Positions 21,385 through 32,728 are shown, counted from the first letter of the whole stretch. The stretch is DNA of 63,070 bases, filler included, from Octopus bimaculoides (GCF_001194135.2; 3 parts of 3 records of this genome joined end to end with filler, not necessarily neighbours in it); one strand, 5' to 3'. Translations and numbers: made by a program. Notes: a model not told the origin generated them from the letters alone.

Positions 21385-24307
21385 CGGCTTCTGTACAGTT
21401 TCTGTCTACCAAACTCACTCACAAGGCATCAGTTACCCATGGGCTATGGTAGAAGACACTTGCCCAAGGTGCCATGCAGTGGGATTGAACCCAGCACCAT
21501 GTGGTTAGTAAGCAAGCTTCTTAGCACAACAGCCACTCTTGCACTTAGTGTGATTGTCAGCTTCATGGGAGAGACACAGTGAAGAACATATTTAATGATA
21601 CTTACGCTGCCATCTGCTGGCCTAGTTGAGATGCAAAGGTAGATAATCCTCTTTTCAGGTCGACATACTCCATAACTAGGGCTGCACCAGTTCCAGGTAG
21701 CTTAAATACCTGAATTAGAAATAATAATAATAATGAAATTATTGTATACAATGCTCAGGTGCACTACAACTTGTCAAAAGTGCATATAAAGCATATGCAG
21801 TATTGTACAGATGTGTGGAAAGTGAACAGGAGAGGCCGTGTGGTAAGTAGCTTGCTTACCAACCACATATACACACACATACGTATACATATATACGACG
21901 GGCTTCTTTCAGTTTCCGTCTACCAAATCCACTCACAAGGCTTTGGTCGGCCCGAGGCTATAGTGGAAGACACTTGCCCAAGGTGCCATGCAGTGGGAAT
22001 GAAACCCGGAACCGTGTGGTCAGTAAGCAAGCTACTTACCACACAGCCACTCCTGCGCCTATTNNNNNNNNNNNNNNNNNNNNNNNNNNNNNNNNNNNNN
22101 NNNNNNNNNNNNNNNNNNNNNNNNNNNNNNNNNNNNNNNNNNNNNNNNNNNNNNNNNNNNNNNNNNNNNNNNNNNNNNNNNNNNNNNNNNNNNNNNNNNN
22201 NNNNNNNNNNNNNNNNNNNNNNNNNNNNNNNNNNNNNNNNNNNNNNNNNNNNNNNNNNNNNNNNNNNNNNNNNNNNNNNNNNNNNNNNNNNNCATACGTA
22301 TACATATATACGACGGGCTTCTTTCAGTTTCCGTCTACCAAATCCACTCACAAGGCTTTGGTCGGCCCGAGGCTATAGTGGAAGACACTTGCCCAAGGAG
22401 CCACGCAGTGGGAATGAAACCCGGAACCGTGTGGTCAGTAAGCAAGCTACTTACCACACAGCCACTCCTGCGCCTATTAAATTTACTTAAATGGTAGAGT
22501 GGTGTTTGCTTCCCAACCAGCATGGTCCTGGGTTCAGTCCTACTGGGTGGCACCTTGGACAACAACAGCAACCACCACCACCACCAACAACAGCAACAAC
22601 AACAACATACCTTGTATGGTTTTGGAATTCTTACAGCTTTGGTGCGAAGTATTGATTCTACGCTGGCCATTTCGCCCTCAAACATTGCCATCGCCTGAAA
22701 TAGATACAAATATATAAATATATATACATACATACATACACACATATATAAATAATCTGTTTCATTCTTTTACTTCTTTCAGTCATTTTACTGTGGCTAT
22801 GCTGGAGCACTACCTTAAAGGGGTTTTTTTTAGCCAAAGAAATTGAGCTCTAGAACTTATTCTTTGTAAGCCGAATACTTATTCTGTAGGTTTCATTTGC
22901 TGAACCGCTACATTACAGGAACATAAACACACCAACATCTGTTATGAAGCAATGGTGTGGGGGATGAACACACAAATACAAACACACATATATATATTTA
23001 TGNNNNNNNNNNACAAACCACAAACCCCTTCAGGTAGATAGCCCTGCTCGATCTGTAGAAAAAGCATAAGTAGAAAATCTATAAGATGCACCCAGTGTAA
23101 GCTATGGACACATAAGAAGTGCAGCAATATGAAAGGAAGGCTAACTAGGAAGATAGTTTTTGTATGTGCCAGATGCTCAGGTGCAATAAACACTGAAAAT
23201 GTGCAGAGAACAACTTCCGCCACATTCCAGGGAGAAAAACTAGAACTGTCGCTCATATTTAGCGTCTCTGTCATGCAGTTCTATTCCGTTTGTTGTTTTA
23301 GTGTCCCTTCACCAGCGTGACCGATGAGACACGTTGCATTTTACAGTAAGATAGTACTGTCAAGAATACCGAAAGACTATCCATAGGCGATATTACGGTA
23401 CGAGTCCTAAATATCGGCCTTTTCCGTAAAAAGTGTCTTCGGCGATCTTTACCAAAGATCGGTCTTTTCCGTAACACCAGCACGATCTTCACTACGGTGT
23501 TAGGGTTAGGGTTTTAGTGTCAGGGTTAGGGTTACGGTTAGGGACGGAATTCCCTANNNNNNNNNNACACCAGCACGATCTTCACTACGGTGTTAGGGTT
23601 AGGGTTTTAGTGTCAGGGTTAGGGTTACGGTTAGGGACGGAATTCCCTAACCCAAACCCTAACCCTATCCCTAAACCCTTCAAAATAAATCGCGCTTTCT
23701 GTATGTCTTTCGCTTTTATGACGTCGTTTCCCTGTTTGTCTCCAACACTTTTTACAGAAAAGGCCGATCTTTGGGCAAAGATCGCCGAAGACACTTTTTA
23801 CGGAAAAGGCCAATATTTCGTACTGGTATCGAAAGATCATCAGAATCTGTTTAGATATACGTAAAAAAAAGTAAGATATTAAACACGTGTAATAAAATAA
23901 GATAAACGATCTGTTAAGTTGAAAAAAAAATATCTTCGAGTGGTTGGAAGAAAACGAAAAAGATCTCACAACCTCCACCACCTGATCCTTGGGTGTCTCT
24001 AGCATGGAAAGGCTTGGTGTCCTCCCTTATGATAATTTCCTATCCCAGATTCAGAGACTCTATAAAGGGTGTCTGGATGCTACCATTACTTCTGTGACTA
24101 AACAGTAACAAGGCAAAACGAAATAAAACTCCGAAGCATCTGCAACAATAGAACTCAATTACTTACCGCAGAATCATTGCTAAACTTCACATAAATCTTC
24201 CCTTTGTCCGTCTCATAGCTGTTCCCTCCGCAGATAGACCCACCGCCACTACTACCGACCTTCTTTACCATAGTGCAACCCAACTCTGTCTTAATAACTT
24301 CTTCCAT
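18313..24307 (-). CDS. FN3KRP: Fructosamine/ketosamine-3-kinase family protein, 3'-partial: complement join(24167-24307,22611-22694,21606-21709,20287-20473,18963-19013,18313-18457); final exon (DPASFYG...) not in visible sequence
   Basis: Six GT-AG exons in compatible phase. Motifs: IYVK (ATP Lys), MFEGE, LVMEY, FGFPVATCCGRIPQPNKW and PALLHGDLWSGN (APH-like catalytic loop). FN3K versus FN3KRP cannot be separated here. Confidence 0.95.
18963..19013 (-). CDS. FN3KRP: FN3K-like exon 5: EFYAAKIDCQITHLEEN
   Basis: ttcatttcattgttccag|GAA ... AAT|gtaagt; 51 nt, bridges exons 4 and 6 in phase 0. Confidence 0.9.
19053..19310 (-). mobile_element. Retroposon 3' end, family D (RTE-like tail ending in (GAT)n); further copies at about 1395-1760, 19550-19800, 26700-26895, 30600-30770 and 33270-33465 (+)
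   Basis: Shared ggaagggcatccagctgtagaaac...catgc(c/t)agcatggaaagcggacgttaaacgacgatgatg. The RTE link is an inference from the microsatellite tail. Confidence 0.75.
19795..20070. repeat. (GAT/GAC)n trinucleotide microsatellite
   Basis: Visible. Confidence 0.95.
20287..20473 (-). CDS. FN3KRP: FN3K-like exon 4: MHKHNDDLYKKEKKESNRLHGCSDGDDDDDDGEPQHQPRFGFPVATCCGRIPQPNKWKDSWP
   Basis: ttctgttag|G ATG ... CCT|gtaagt; FGF..TCCG.IPQ motif. Confidence 0.95.
20520..21345 (+). mobile_element. SINE family A copy with a nested second SINE (about 20565-20850)
   Basis: Head split after gtggtaagaagcttcc and resumed at 20846; tail at 21130-21340. Confidence 0.7.
21606..21709 (-). CDS. FN3KRP: FN3K-like exon 3: VFKLPGTGAALVMEYVDLKRGLSTFASQLGQQMA(A)
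   Basis: ctaattcag|GTA ... GCA GC|gtaagt. Confidence 0.95.
21895..22478 (-). mobile_element. Two SINE family A heads flanking a gap (possibly one copy assembled twice)
   Basis: 21882-22063 and 22293-22478 are near-identical. Confidence 0.8.
22611..22694 (-). CDS. FN3KRP: FN3K-like exon 2: AMAMFEGEMASVESILRTKAVRIPKPYK
   Basis: tatttcag|GCG ... AAG|gtatgt; MFEGE and RIPKP motifs. Confidence 0.95.
23013..23250 (+). mobile_element. LINE (RTE-like) reverse-transcriptase fragment with a Cys-rich insert, in FN3K intron 1
   Basis: PCSICRKSISRKSIRCTQCKLWTHKKCSNMKGRLTRKIVFVCARCSGAINTENVQRTTSATFQGEKLE. Confidence 0.75.
23393..23829. mobile_element. Foldback/MITE-like element with about 65-bp TIRs and a central TTAGGG/CCCTAA palindrome
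   Basis: 23409-23474 inverse of 23752-23818; centre GGTTAGGGACGGAATTCCCTAACC. Confidence 0.75.
24167..24307 (-). CDS. FN3KRP: FN3K-like exon 1: MEEVIKTELGCTMVKKVGSSGGGSICGGNSYETDKGKIYVKFSNDSA
   Basis: aaagATG ... GCG|gtaagt; 141 nt; Gly-rich loop and YVK. Confidence 0.93.
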
Positions 24308-24699
24308 CTTTGATAATTTCACTGAAATGTGTCACAGGTATATGTGTCTACGTGTCTCTGAGTGTATGTGTATGTTGTTATTTATTTTAAGGCAATAAGT
24401 TAACAATAATGTGGTGAGATACAGTTGTCCAATAGTCCTATCACTACATGGGAGTATTTCTGGCGGCGGGACTGACCAGACGGAGTCTGTAACTCGGTGC
24501 GGAATAAATATCACGAGACACTTCGTTCGAAGAACACCGCTATTTTCTTTTAGGTCTTATCAGCTTATGTTGCTTGCTCATCAGCTAAACGCGATTAAAT
24601 GGAGAGAAAGTAGCACTCAGCACATTTAGTAGGAGTTGCCTTCAATTTTAATAACACCATATTTAGGATGTCTAGATACCTGGCGAGATAGGTTTGTCC

Positions 24700-24906
24700 C
24701 GTACTACTAAAGCAGCGCGGACCCGAACGCGCAGTCGCGCGTCCGCGCTAGCTAGTCTTGAGTGGTCGATCCTAACCCTAACCCTATCCCTAACCCTAAC
24801 CCTGTCCCTAACCCTATCCCTAACCCTAACCCTATCCCTAACCCGCGTGTGCAAATGAATACGTGTTTAGGGTTAGGGTTAGGATCGACCACTCACGACT
24901 AGCTAG
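24700..24906. repeat. CpG-rich palindromic element with degenerate (CCCTAA)n and (TTAGGG)n arms, upstream of FN3K
   Basis: CTAGCTAGTCTTGAGTGGTCGATCCTAACCCTAACCCT ... AGGGTTAGGGTTAGGATCGACCACTCACGACTAGCTAG; left end repeated at 25258-25322. Confidence 0.8.
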
Positions 24907-25611
24907 NNNNNNNNNNNNNNNNNNNNNNNNNNNNNNNNNNNNNNNNNNNNNNNNNNNNNNNNNNNNNNNNNNNNNNNNNNNNNNNNNNNNNNNNNNNNNN
25001 NNNNNNNNNNNNNNNNNNNNNNNNNNNNNNNNNNNNNNNNNNNNNNNNNNNNNNNNNNNNNNNNNNNNNNNNNNNNNNNNNNNNNNNNNNNNNNNNNNNN
25101 NNNNNNNNNNNNNNNNNNNNNNNNNNNNNNNNNNNNNNNNNNNNNNNNNNNNNNNNNNNNNNNNNNNNNNNNNNNNNNNNNNNNNNNNNNNNNNNNNNNN
25201 NNNNNNNNNNNNNNNNNNNNNNNNNNNNNNNNNNNNNNNNNNNNNNNNNNNNNNNNNCGTACTACTAAAGCAGCGCGGACCCGAACGCGCAGTCGCGCGT
25301 CCGCGCTAGCTAGTCTTGAGTGAATTGAGTAAACATAATACCGATATCATTTGGATGATATTGGTGGAATATTTTCCACATGGTGCAAATGTATCGCTCA
25401 CGGCTGCGTTGCAGAGAATAGAGTTTCGGCTGTTTAAGTCGAGCCCAATAATGAAGTCCCATCATGACCTGGCTTCATCAGCCATTGAGTCTGAGAAGCA
25501 CATACTAGCATTCAAGACCATTCCAAACAACAAAAGATCCAGAGTGGCCATCTCTGATTTCTCTACAAGGGTCAAACCAGTGGCCATTACTGGCACCTTT
25601 GTCATACTAGT

Positions 25612-26690
25612 ATTCCTGCTGAATGTCAGGGGCCTTGTAATGTCCCACTAACACAAAATCCCATACCTGAGAGACTTTGGTGACTTGTAATCCAGATTAT
25701 ACATGGCACTAACAGAAACATATCTAAATGCTGATGTGTCAGGTGTTGAGATACACATACCAAACTATAATGTATTTCAAACCGACAGGTAAGAAAGAAG
25801 TCATATGGTGCAGTTGCAATATACATCCTCTAAGATATCACACCTGTAGTCCTGCTGTCATATTCAAACTTAGTCACACCTGTAGTCCTGCTGTCATACT
25901 CAAACTCAGTCACACCTGTAGTCCTGCTGTCATATTCAAATTCAGTCACACCTGTAGTCCTGCTGTCATACTCACACTCAGTCACACCTGCAGTCATACT
26001 CAAACTCAGTCACACCCGTAGTCCTGCTGTAATACTCAAACTCAGTCACACCTGTAGTCCTGCTGTCATACTCACACTCAGTCACACCTGTAGTCCTGCT
26101 GTCATACTCAAACTCAGTCACACCTGTAGTCCTGCTGTCATACTCANNNNNNNNNNNNNNNNNNNNNNNNNNNNNNNNNNNNNNNNNNNNNNNNNNNNNN
26201 NNNNNNNNNNNNNNNNNNNNNNNNNNNNNNNNNNNNNNNNNNNNNNNNNNNNNNNNNNNNNNNNNNNNNNNNNNNNNNNNNNNNNNNNNNNNNNNNNNNN
26301 NNNNNNNNNNNNNNNNNNNNNNNNNNNNNNNNNNNNNNNNNNNNNNNNNNNNNNNTGTAGTCCTGCTGTCATACTCACACTCAGTCACACCTGTAGTCCT
26401 GCTGTCATACTCAAACTCAGTCACACCTGTAGTCCTGCTGTCATACTCACACTCAGTCACACCTGTAGTCCTGCTGTCATACTCAAACTCAGTCACACCT
26501 GTAGTCCTGCTGTCATACTCAAACTCAGTCACACCTGTAGTCCTGCTGTCATATTCAAACTCAGTCACACCTGTAATCCTGCTGTCATACTCAAACTCAG
26601 TTTGTGACACTCTGGTAGTAGACATTAAACAGACCAAAATGGTAATATGTGCTACATATTGCCCACCAGATGTGCCAAAGGTAAATATAT
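25612..26690 (+). pseudogene. Decayed LINE APE-endonuclease fragment (CR1/L2-like) interrupted by a 36-bp tandem array
   Basis: LLNVRGL..KIPYL..MALTETYLN..EIHIPNYNVFQTDR..GAVAIYI..[TPVVLLSYSNSV]n CDTLVVDIKQTKMVICATYCPP, with stops and one frameshift. Confidence 0.8.
25840..26601. repeat. 36-bp minisatellite CACCTGTAGTCCTGCTGTCATACTCAAACTCAGTCA (about 15 visible units plus a gap)
   Basis: Directly visible tandem units. Confidence 0.95.
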
Positions 26691-27007
26691 ATATATTGAG
26701 AGGCTCCTGTGCCGGTGACACATAAAAAGCACCCACTACACTCTCAGAGTGGTTGGCGTTATGAAGGGCATCCAGCTGTAGAAACTCTGCCAGATCAGAT
26801 TGGAACCTGGTGCAGTCTTCCGGGTCGCCAGCCCTCAGTCAAACCATCCAACCCATGCCAGCATGGAAAGCGGACGTTAAACGACGATGATGATGATATA
26901 TGTATATACGGGTGAGGGTAGGGAACAATAAGAAGTTTTTTACTGCATTAAAAACACGATAACTTTATCAACAAATATGCTGACCATAAATTAAGTACCA
27001 GTTGCGT

Positions 27008-27285
27008 ATACTCAAACTCTGTCACACCTGTAGTCCTGCTGTCATATTCAAACTCAGTCACACCTGTAGTCCTGCTGTCATACGCAAACTCAGTCACACC
27101 TGTAGTCCTGCTGTAATACTCAAATTCAGTCACACCTATAGTCTTGCTGTCATACTCAAACTCAGTCACACCTGTAGTTCTGCTGTCATACTCACACTCA
27201 GTCACACCTGCTGTCATACTCAAACTCAGTCACACCCGTAGTCCTGCTGTCATACTCACACTCAGTCACACCCGTAGTCCTGCTG
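27008..27285. repeat. Second block of the same 36-bp minisatellite (about 8 units)
   Basis: Same unit as 25840-26601. Confidence 0.95.
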
Positions 27286-27948
27286 GCCCCGCCCCTCAAA
27301 ATTTTGGGCCTTGTGTCTCGAGTAGAAAAGAAAAGAATATTTGCCATGTAATGATTTCCAACAGATAGGGAGAAAATAACGAAATCGGGAATTACTCATT
27401 TTACCCCGATTACTAATTCTGACCCCATCCCCCATATATATATACACAAATAATAAATGAGTATATGTATATATTCGTATATGTATGTACATACCTACAT
27501 CTACATGTATAAACGAATGAGTATATTCTACATGTATATATACATGCATATCTGGGTACAGGACGTTGCAAAAAAAAACGTGGACAAAATGATAAACAGA
27601 GTACAGAAAACACACGGGCCACATAGAGAACATTTCCTTCGCCGTAATAAAAATAATTTATTTCTTTTTACTATTTGTACAAGGGTTGAAATTTTGAGAG
27701 AAGGGGTGAGTCGATTACATGAGCTCCACTGTGCAATTGTTTTTTTTTTTTTTATCGATCCCGAAAGATTGAAAATCAAATTTGATGTCGGTGGCATTTG
27801 AACTCAGAACCAGACGAGACATAGTGCAGAGTATATTTTTTTCGAAACTCTAACGTCTTTGCCAGCTCGACGTACTGAAAATAATAATAATATATTGAGA
27901 AATATATTACAGTGAGACTTATTAAGAATATTTCGAAGTTTCGACCGA

Positions 27949-27959
27949 CAAGATGGCGG
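27949..27959 (+). promoter_or_regulatory. YY1-type motif CAAGATGGCGG in a CpG-containing island; second AAAATGGCCG near 28341
   Basis: Exact match to the YY1 core; lies about 0.8 kb upstream of the putative orphan ORF. Confidence 0.3.
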
Positions 27960-28800
27960 ATGTGGTGTCACTCCGAAGAATATCGAAGGACATCCACTGA
28001 CAGAACCATTCCACGTCGCGGGACTCTCCTGTTGAGGACAATCTCTGTTTCAAACAGATTACAATTACACATACACACATATACACAAACAAGCGTACAG
28101 ACACAGACATATTTATATATACGCATATATTCACACATCAACGTGGAGACTTATCCATGGGCAAATTGAACCGTTGTTAACTTTGTTATTAGAAATGAAT
28201 TTGAAATAATTTTATTTTAAGCATTTTATTCCGTTATAAACATCTTTCTAAATCAACGAAATTACACAGTCATTGAAAGTATTTCAAGAAAACTGAGTTT
28301 ACTTTACTTTCGACGTCTCTGCGTGTGGAAAGTTATATTCAAAATGGCCGTTATTTTCATTCATCGAAAAATTATTAACGGCTTTCAGAAATCTATCGAG
28401 AAATGTTTTCTGAAAACCGTTAATAAAAATTACGACACAAGGTGATTATGACGTAGGAATTGAATTGGTAAAACATTTGATTTCCCTTCAGAATTGACAC
28501 TGCATATCGATCTCAAGTTGATATTTAGGTCTTATTGAATCATTTCTTCGAATTATTTCAATAATTTATTTTGATAATTTAATGAAATTACATCAACGAG
28601 CTTCTTTCTTTCCTTCTTTTTTTTTATTTTAATTTTACTTTCAGTTCTCACCGTTCGTCCTAAGTCTTTGCACAACTGATTGATAACTTGTTGATCTATC
28701 GATTTAAATTAACCGATACATTTTCCCATTCTTCAAGTCATCTTAATTTTTTTTTTTCCTCCGTTAGATTTGGTATTTGTGCGTTTCATTCGGAAAAATA

Positions 28801-29981
28801 ATGCCAACTCCTCCGTCATCGTCGTCGTCGTCACCGTCATCGTCACCATCATCGTCACCGCCGTTATCTCCCCTGTCCTCATCCCAGCATCTGTCCTCTC
28901 TCCCACACCGTCACACACACCAATGTNNNNNNNNNNNNNNNNNNNNNNNNNNNNNNNNNNNNNNNNNNNNNNNNNNNNNNNNNNNNNNNNNNNNNNNNNN
29001 NNNNNNNNNNNNNNNNNNNNNNNNNNNNNNNNNNNNNNNNNNNNNNNNNNNNNNNNNNNNNNNNNNNNNNNNNNNNNNNNNNNNNNNNNNNNNNNNNNNN
29101 NNNNNNNNNNNNNNNNNNNNNNNNNNNNNNNNNNNNNNNNNNNNNNNNNNNNNNNNNNNNNNNNNNNNNNNNNNNNNNNNNNNNNNNNNNNNNNNNNNNN
29201 NNNNNNNNNNNNNNNNNNNNNNNNNNNNNNNNNNNNNNNNNNNNNNNNNNNNNNNNNNNNNNNNNNNNNNNNNNNNNNNNNNNNNNNNNNNNNNNNNNNN
29301 NNNNNNNNNNNNNNNNNNNNNNNNNNNNNNNNNNNNNNNNNNNNNNNNNNNNNNNNNNNNNNNNNNNNNNNNNNNNNNNNNNNNNNNNNNNNNNNNNNNN
29401 NNNNNNNNNNNNNNNNNNNNNNNNNNNNNNNNNGCCCTCCCTCTCCCCCAAGTCCTCCATCTCCCCCACGCAGGTCATCTTCCTCACGCCCACACTCTCC
29501 ATCTCCCCTACATGCAAAGACAACCCCATCATTCCCACCGCACTCTTCTAAGCTTCCACCATCGCCCCCACCTACAAACTCTTTCCAGCAGAAACACGCT
29601 GCCCAGGCCAGTTCAGATTCCACACTAAGGCGCCATTCCCCACCATATCTCCGTTCGCATACTCCTTCAAGCCTACACCTTCCTTCCTTACCATCGTCGT
29701 CTACATCATTGACTTTATCAGCATCAGATTTATCCTTGTCGGAGACTGATTCAGAAATCTCACTGAGGATAACATATAAAACGACTTGGCGAGAGCGTCT
29801 ACGCAATGCCAGATATCGGCTCTGGCATTGCTTCCATATGGTTTTCATGTGCTGTTATTGGAGGAAAAAGTCCTTGCCAAAGAAATTAAAATGCAGGAAA
29901 CGCGGATGCAAAAACCGTAAAGTTGTTAGATTTGCTTCAAAGCTGGAGACTGTTTGGGAAATTCCTGCAGCAAGAAGATAA
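28801..29981 (+). CDS. Putative Ser/Pro-rich orphan protein interrupted by a 507-N gap (MPTPPSSSS... / ...PPSPPSPPRRSSSS...TWRERLRNARYRLWHCFHMVFMCCYWRKK...RKVVRFASKLETVWEIPAARR*)
   Basis: Strong acceptor ttttttttcctccgttag| at 28767; ATG at 28801; about 180 stop-free codons after the gap that become non-repetitive. Frame across the gap unknown; no recognised homolog. Confidence 0.4.
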
Positions 29982-30220
29982 CAAGGAAAGGGAGAAGTGA
30001 GCATGAACCTGAGAGAGAAACCAAACAAAGGAGAAGAGAGTTGATGCTTGTGGATAATCTGGAGCTGGTAATCCTGAGATAAAGGAATTGGAGAGTCGGA
30101 AGACCGACAGAAGCAGAGGAAGAAAGGAGTAGAACATGCAAGGTCAGTTACAGTTAGAATTATTGGGTCGAATTGTTTTGTTGATTTGCTTGTTTTAGCT
30201 TGGTACCCATGCTTTCATGT

Positions 30221-30598
30221 GGAGGCGCAATGGCCCAGTGGTTAGGGCAGCGGACTCGTGGTCATAGGATTGCGGTTTCTATTCCCAGACCGGGCGTTGT
30301 GAGTGTTTATTGAGCGAAAACACCTAAGGCTCCACGAGGTTCCAGCAGGGGATGGTGGCGAACTCCTGCTGTACTCTTTCACCACAACTTTCTCTCACTC
30401 TTACTTCCTGTTTCTGTTGTACCTGTAATTCAAAGGAGTCAGCCTTGTCACACTGAATATCCCCCGAGAACTACGTTAAGAGTACACGTGTCTGTAGAGT
30501 GCTCAGCCACTTGCACGTTAATTTCACGAGCAGGCTGTTCCGTTGATCGGATCAACTGGAACCCTCGACGTCGTAAGCGATGGAGTGCCAACAACAAC
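30221..30598 (+). mobile_element. tRNA-derived SINE family B
   Basis: GGAGGCGCAATGGCCCAGTGGTTAGGG head; body matches the reverse complement of 51225-51565. Confidence 0.85.
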
Positions 30599-32728
30599 CC
30601 ATGCTGGTGGCATTTAAAAGCATCTGTTACACTCTTGGAATGGTTGGTGTTAGGAAGAGCATCCAGCCATAGAAACCATGATAAATCAGACTGGAGTGTG
30701 GTTTACCAGCCCTGGTCAAACAATCCAACTCATGCCAGCATGGACAACAGACATTAAATAGTGATGATGATGTGCCCGGTACAGAAAATACCTGATAGGT
30801 AAGTCATAGTCAAGCGAGATAACTCACATAGGTTCGAAATAGCAGCGATCGCATAGTTATTATTATAAAGATATACCATTCTAAACAGCCATACCAACAA
30901 AATCACTTCATAGTTTTTTTTCTTTAATTATACCGGTATAATCAAAAGTATTCATTTAACAAACACCAGAAATGTATCGTTCTTGAAATTGTTCCTCGTG
31001 TCAAAGTTATACAACTATTTTGTCTAATAGTATTCATTCATTCAATATATAATTTTTTTACATTACATATATAGAATAAACTGTGGGTTTTGCAAATAGT
31101 GAATTAAAACTTGAAATGTAAACATTGAAATGAATATATATCAAATTATCGTTAATGAAAATAGAGGTGAGAGAGAGTGAGAGACTGTTGCAAATGAAAA
31201 TGGAAAATTTCGCGTGCAACAAATTGATATTAAACTTTAAAATCTATTCTGCGGTGAATACAACGAATATTTATATTTGCCAAAACCTTGTAGTTCATGA
31301 ATTTATTAAGAAATTTCCAGACGGTCAAGCTTTTAATAATTGCTTTCTTTTAGTAACTGATACATAATTAATTAATAAGCAGCTTTCTCCATTATAATAT
31401 AGATNNNNNNNNNNNNNNNNNNNNNNNNNNNNNNNNNNNNNNNNNNNNNNNNNNNNNNNNNNNNNNNNNNNNNNNNNNNNNNNNNNNNNNNNNNNNNNNN
31501 NNNNNNNNNNNNNNNNNNNNNNNNNNNNNNNNNNNNNNNNNNNNNNNNNNNNNNNNNNNNNNNNNNNNNNNNNNNNNNNNNNNNNNNNNNNNNNNNNNNN
31601 NNNNNNNNNNNNNNNNNNNNNNNNNNNNNNNNNNNNNNNNNNNNNNNNNNNNNNNNNNNNNNNNNNNNNNNNNNNNNNNNNNNNNNNNNNNNNNNNNNNN
31701 NNNNNNNNNNNNNNNNNNNNNNNNNNNNNNNNNNNNNNNNNNNNNNNNNNNNNNNNNNNNNNNNNNNNNNNNNNNNNTATATATATATATATATATATAT
31801 GTATGTTTGTGTGTCTGTGTTTGTCCACCCAACATCGCTTGACAACCGATGGTGGTGTGTTTACGTCCCCGTAACTTAGCGGTTCGGCAAAAAGAGACCG
31901 ATAGAATAAGTACTAGGCTTCCAAAGAATAAGTCCTGGGGTCGATTTACTCGACTAAAGGCGGTGCTCCAGCATAACCACAGTCAAATGACTGAAACAAG
32001 TAAAAGAGTAAAAGAGAGAGAGTATGTATGTACATATCTATACATTAGATATATTACACATATTGTGTTTATTAGCTATTGGGAAAACGGCCCCTTATTA
32101 ATATATGAGCATTATGTATTCAATTGTAGGGTAATACAGAAACAACATGCAATATGAATAAAGTGATAACAGTGTTGCACAGATGATGACATCTTACAGG
32201 AATATCAGTGAGCTTCTTGGAGTATGACAGACATGAGACAGATGCTGTTCAAGAGGTCTGCATCTTTAATCAGCTTAACTTAATCCTAAGCTTTGAGTAT
32301 AATATTTCATCTTTTATTTGTGGTGTCTTGAGGGATGACCTAGATAGACAGATAAATTTTTTTTTCATTTCAGTTATTGGACTGTGGTCATGCAAGGGCA
32401 TTGCTCTAAGCCTTTAGCACTCAGACTTCTCTGCCAAATGTAACTAGCAGTCCGTCAGTTATGATAATGACGGTTCCAGACACGTGTACCCTTAACAGGG
32501 AGATTCAGGGTGGTGCAATGTGACAAGGTCGGTCCTTTGAAATACAAGGGTTGTTCAATTTTGTCAGCTGAGTGGACTAGAGCAACATGAAACAAAGTGT
32601 CTTGCTTGGGGCCTCAATGTGTCACCAGGAATTGTACTTAGAACCCTTTTGTTTCCATATTTATTTTGAGATGCTCTATGTTTTGTTCAATTGATTTTAA
32701 ATATAACAAAGAATTTAGTAAAATAACT

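Noticed and set aside
23475-23648. Apparent tandem duplications flanking 10-N gaps (also 20644-20748 and 58240-58370)
   Set aside because: Same sequence on both sides of a minimal gap; most likely unmerged contig overlaps.
24770-24885. Real telomere or chromosome-fusion site
   Set aside because: Arrays are short, degenerate, enclosed by inverted arms and recur three times in the window.
25840-27285. CRISPR-like appearance of the 36-bp and 40-bp (54585-54885) arrays
   Set aside because: No unique spacers, no cas genes, eukaryotic context.
30221-30295. tRNA genes (also 706-775, 41580-41650, 50410-50480)
   Set aside because: A/B boxes run into shared SINE bodies; no complete cloverleaf or T-run terminator seen.
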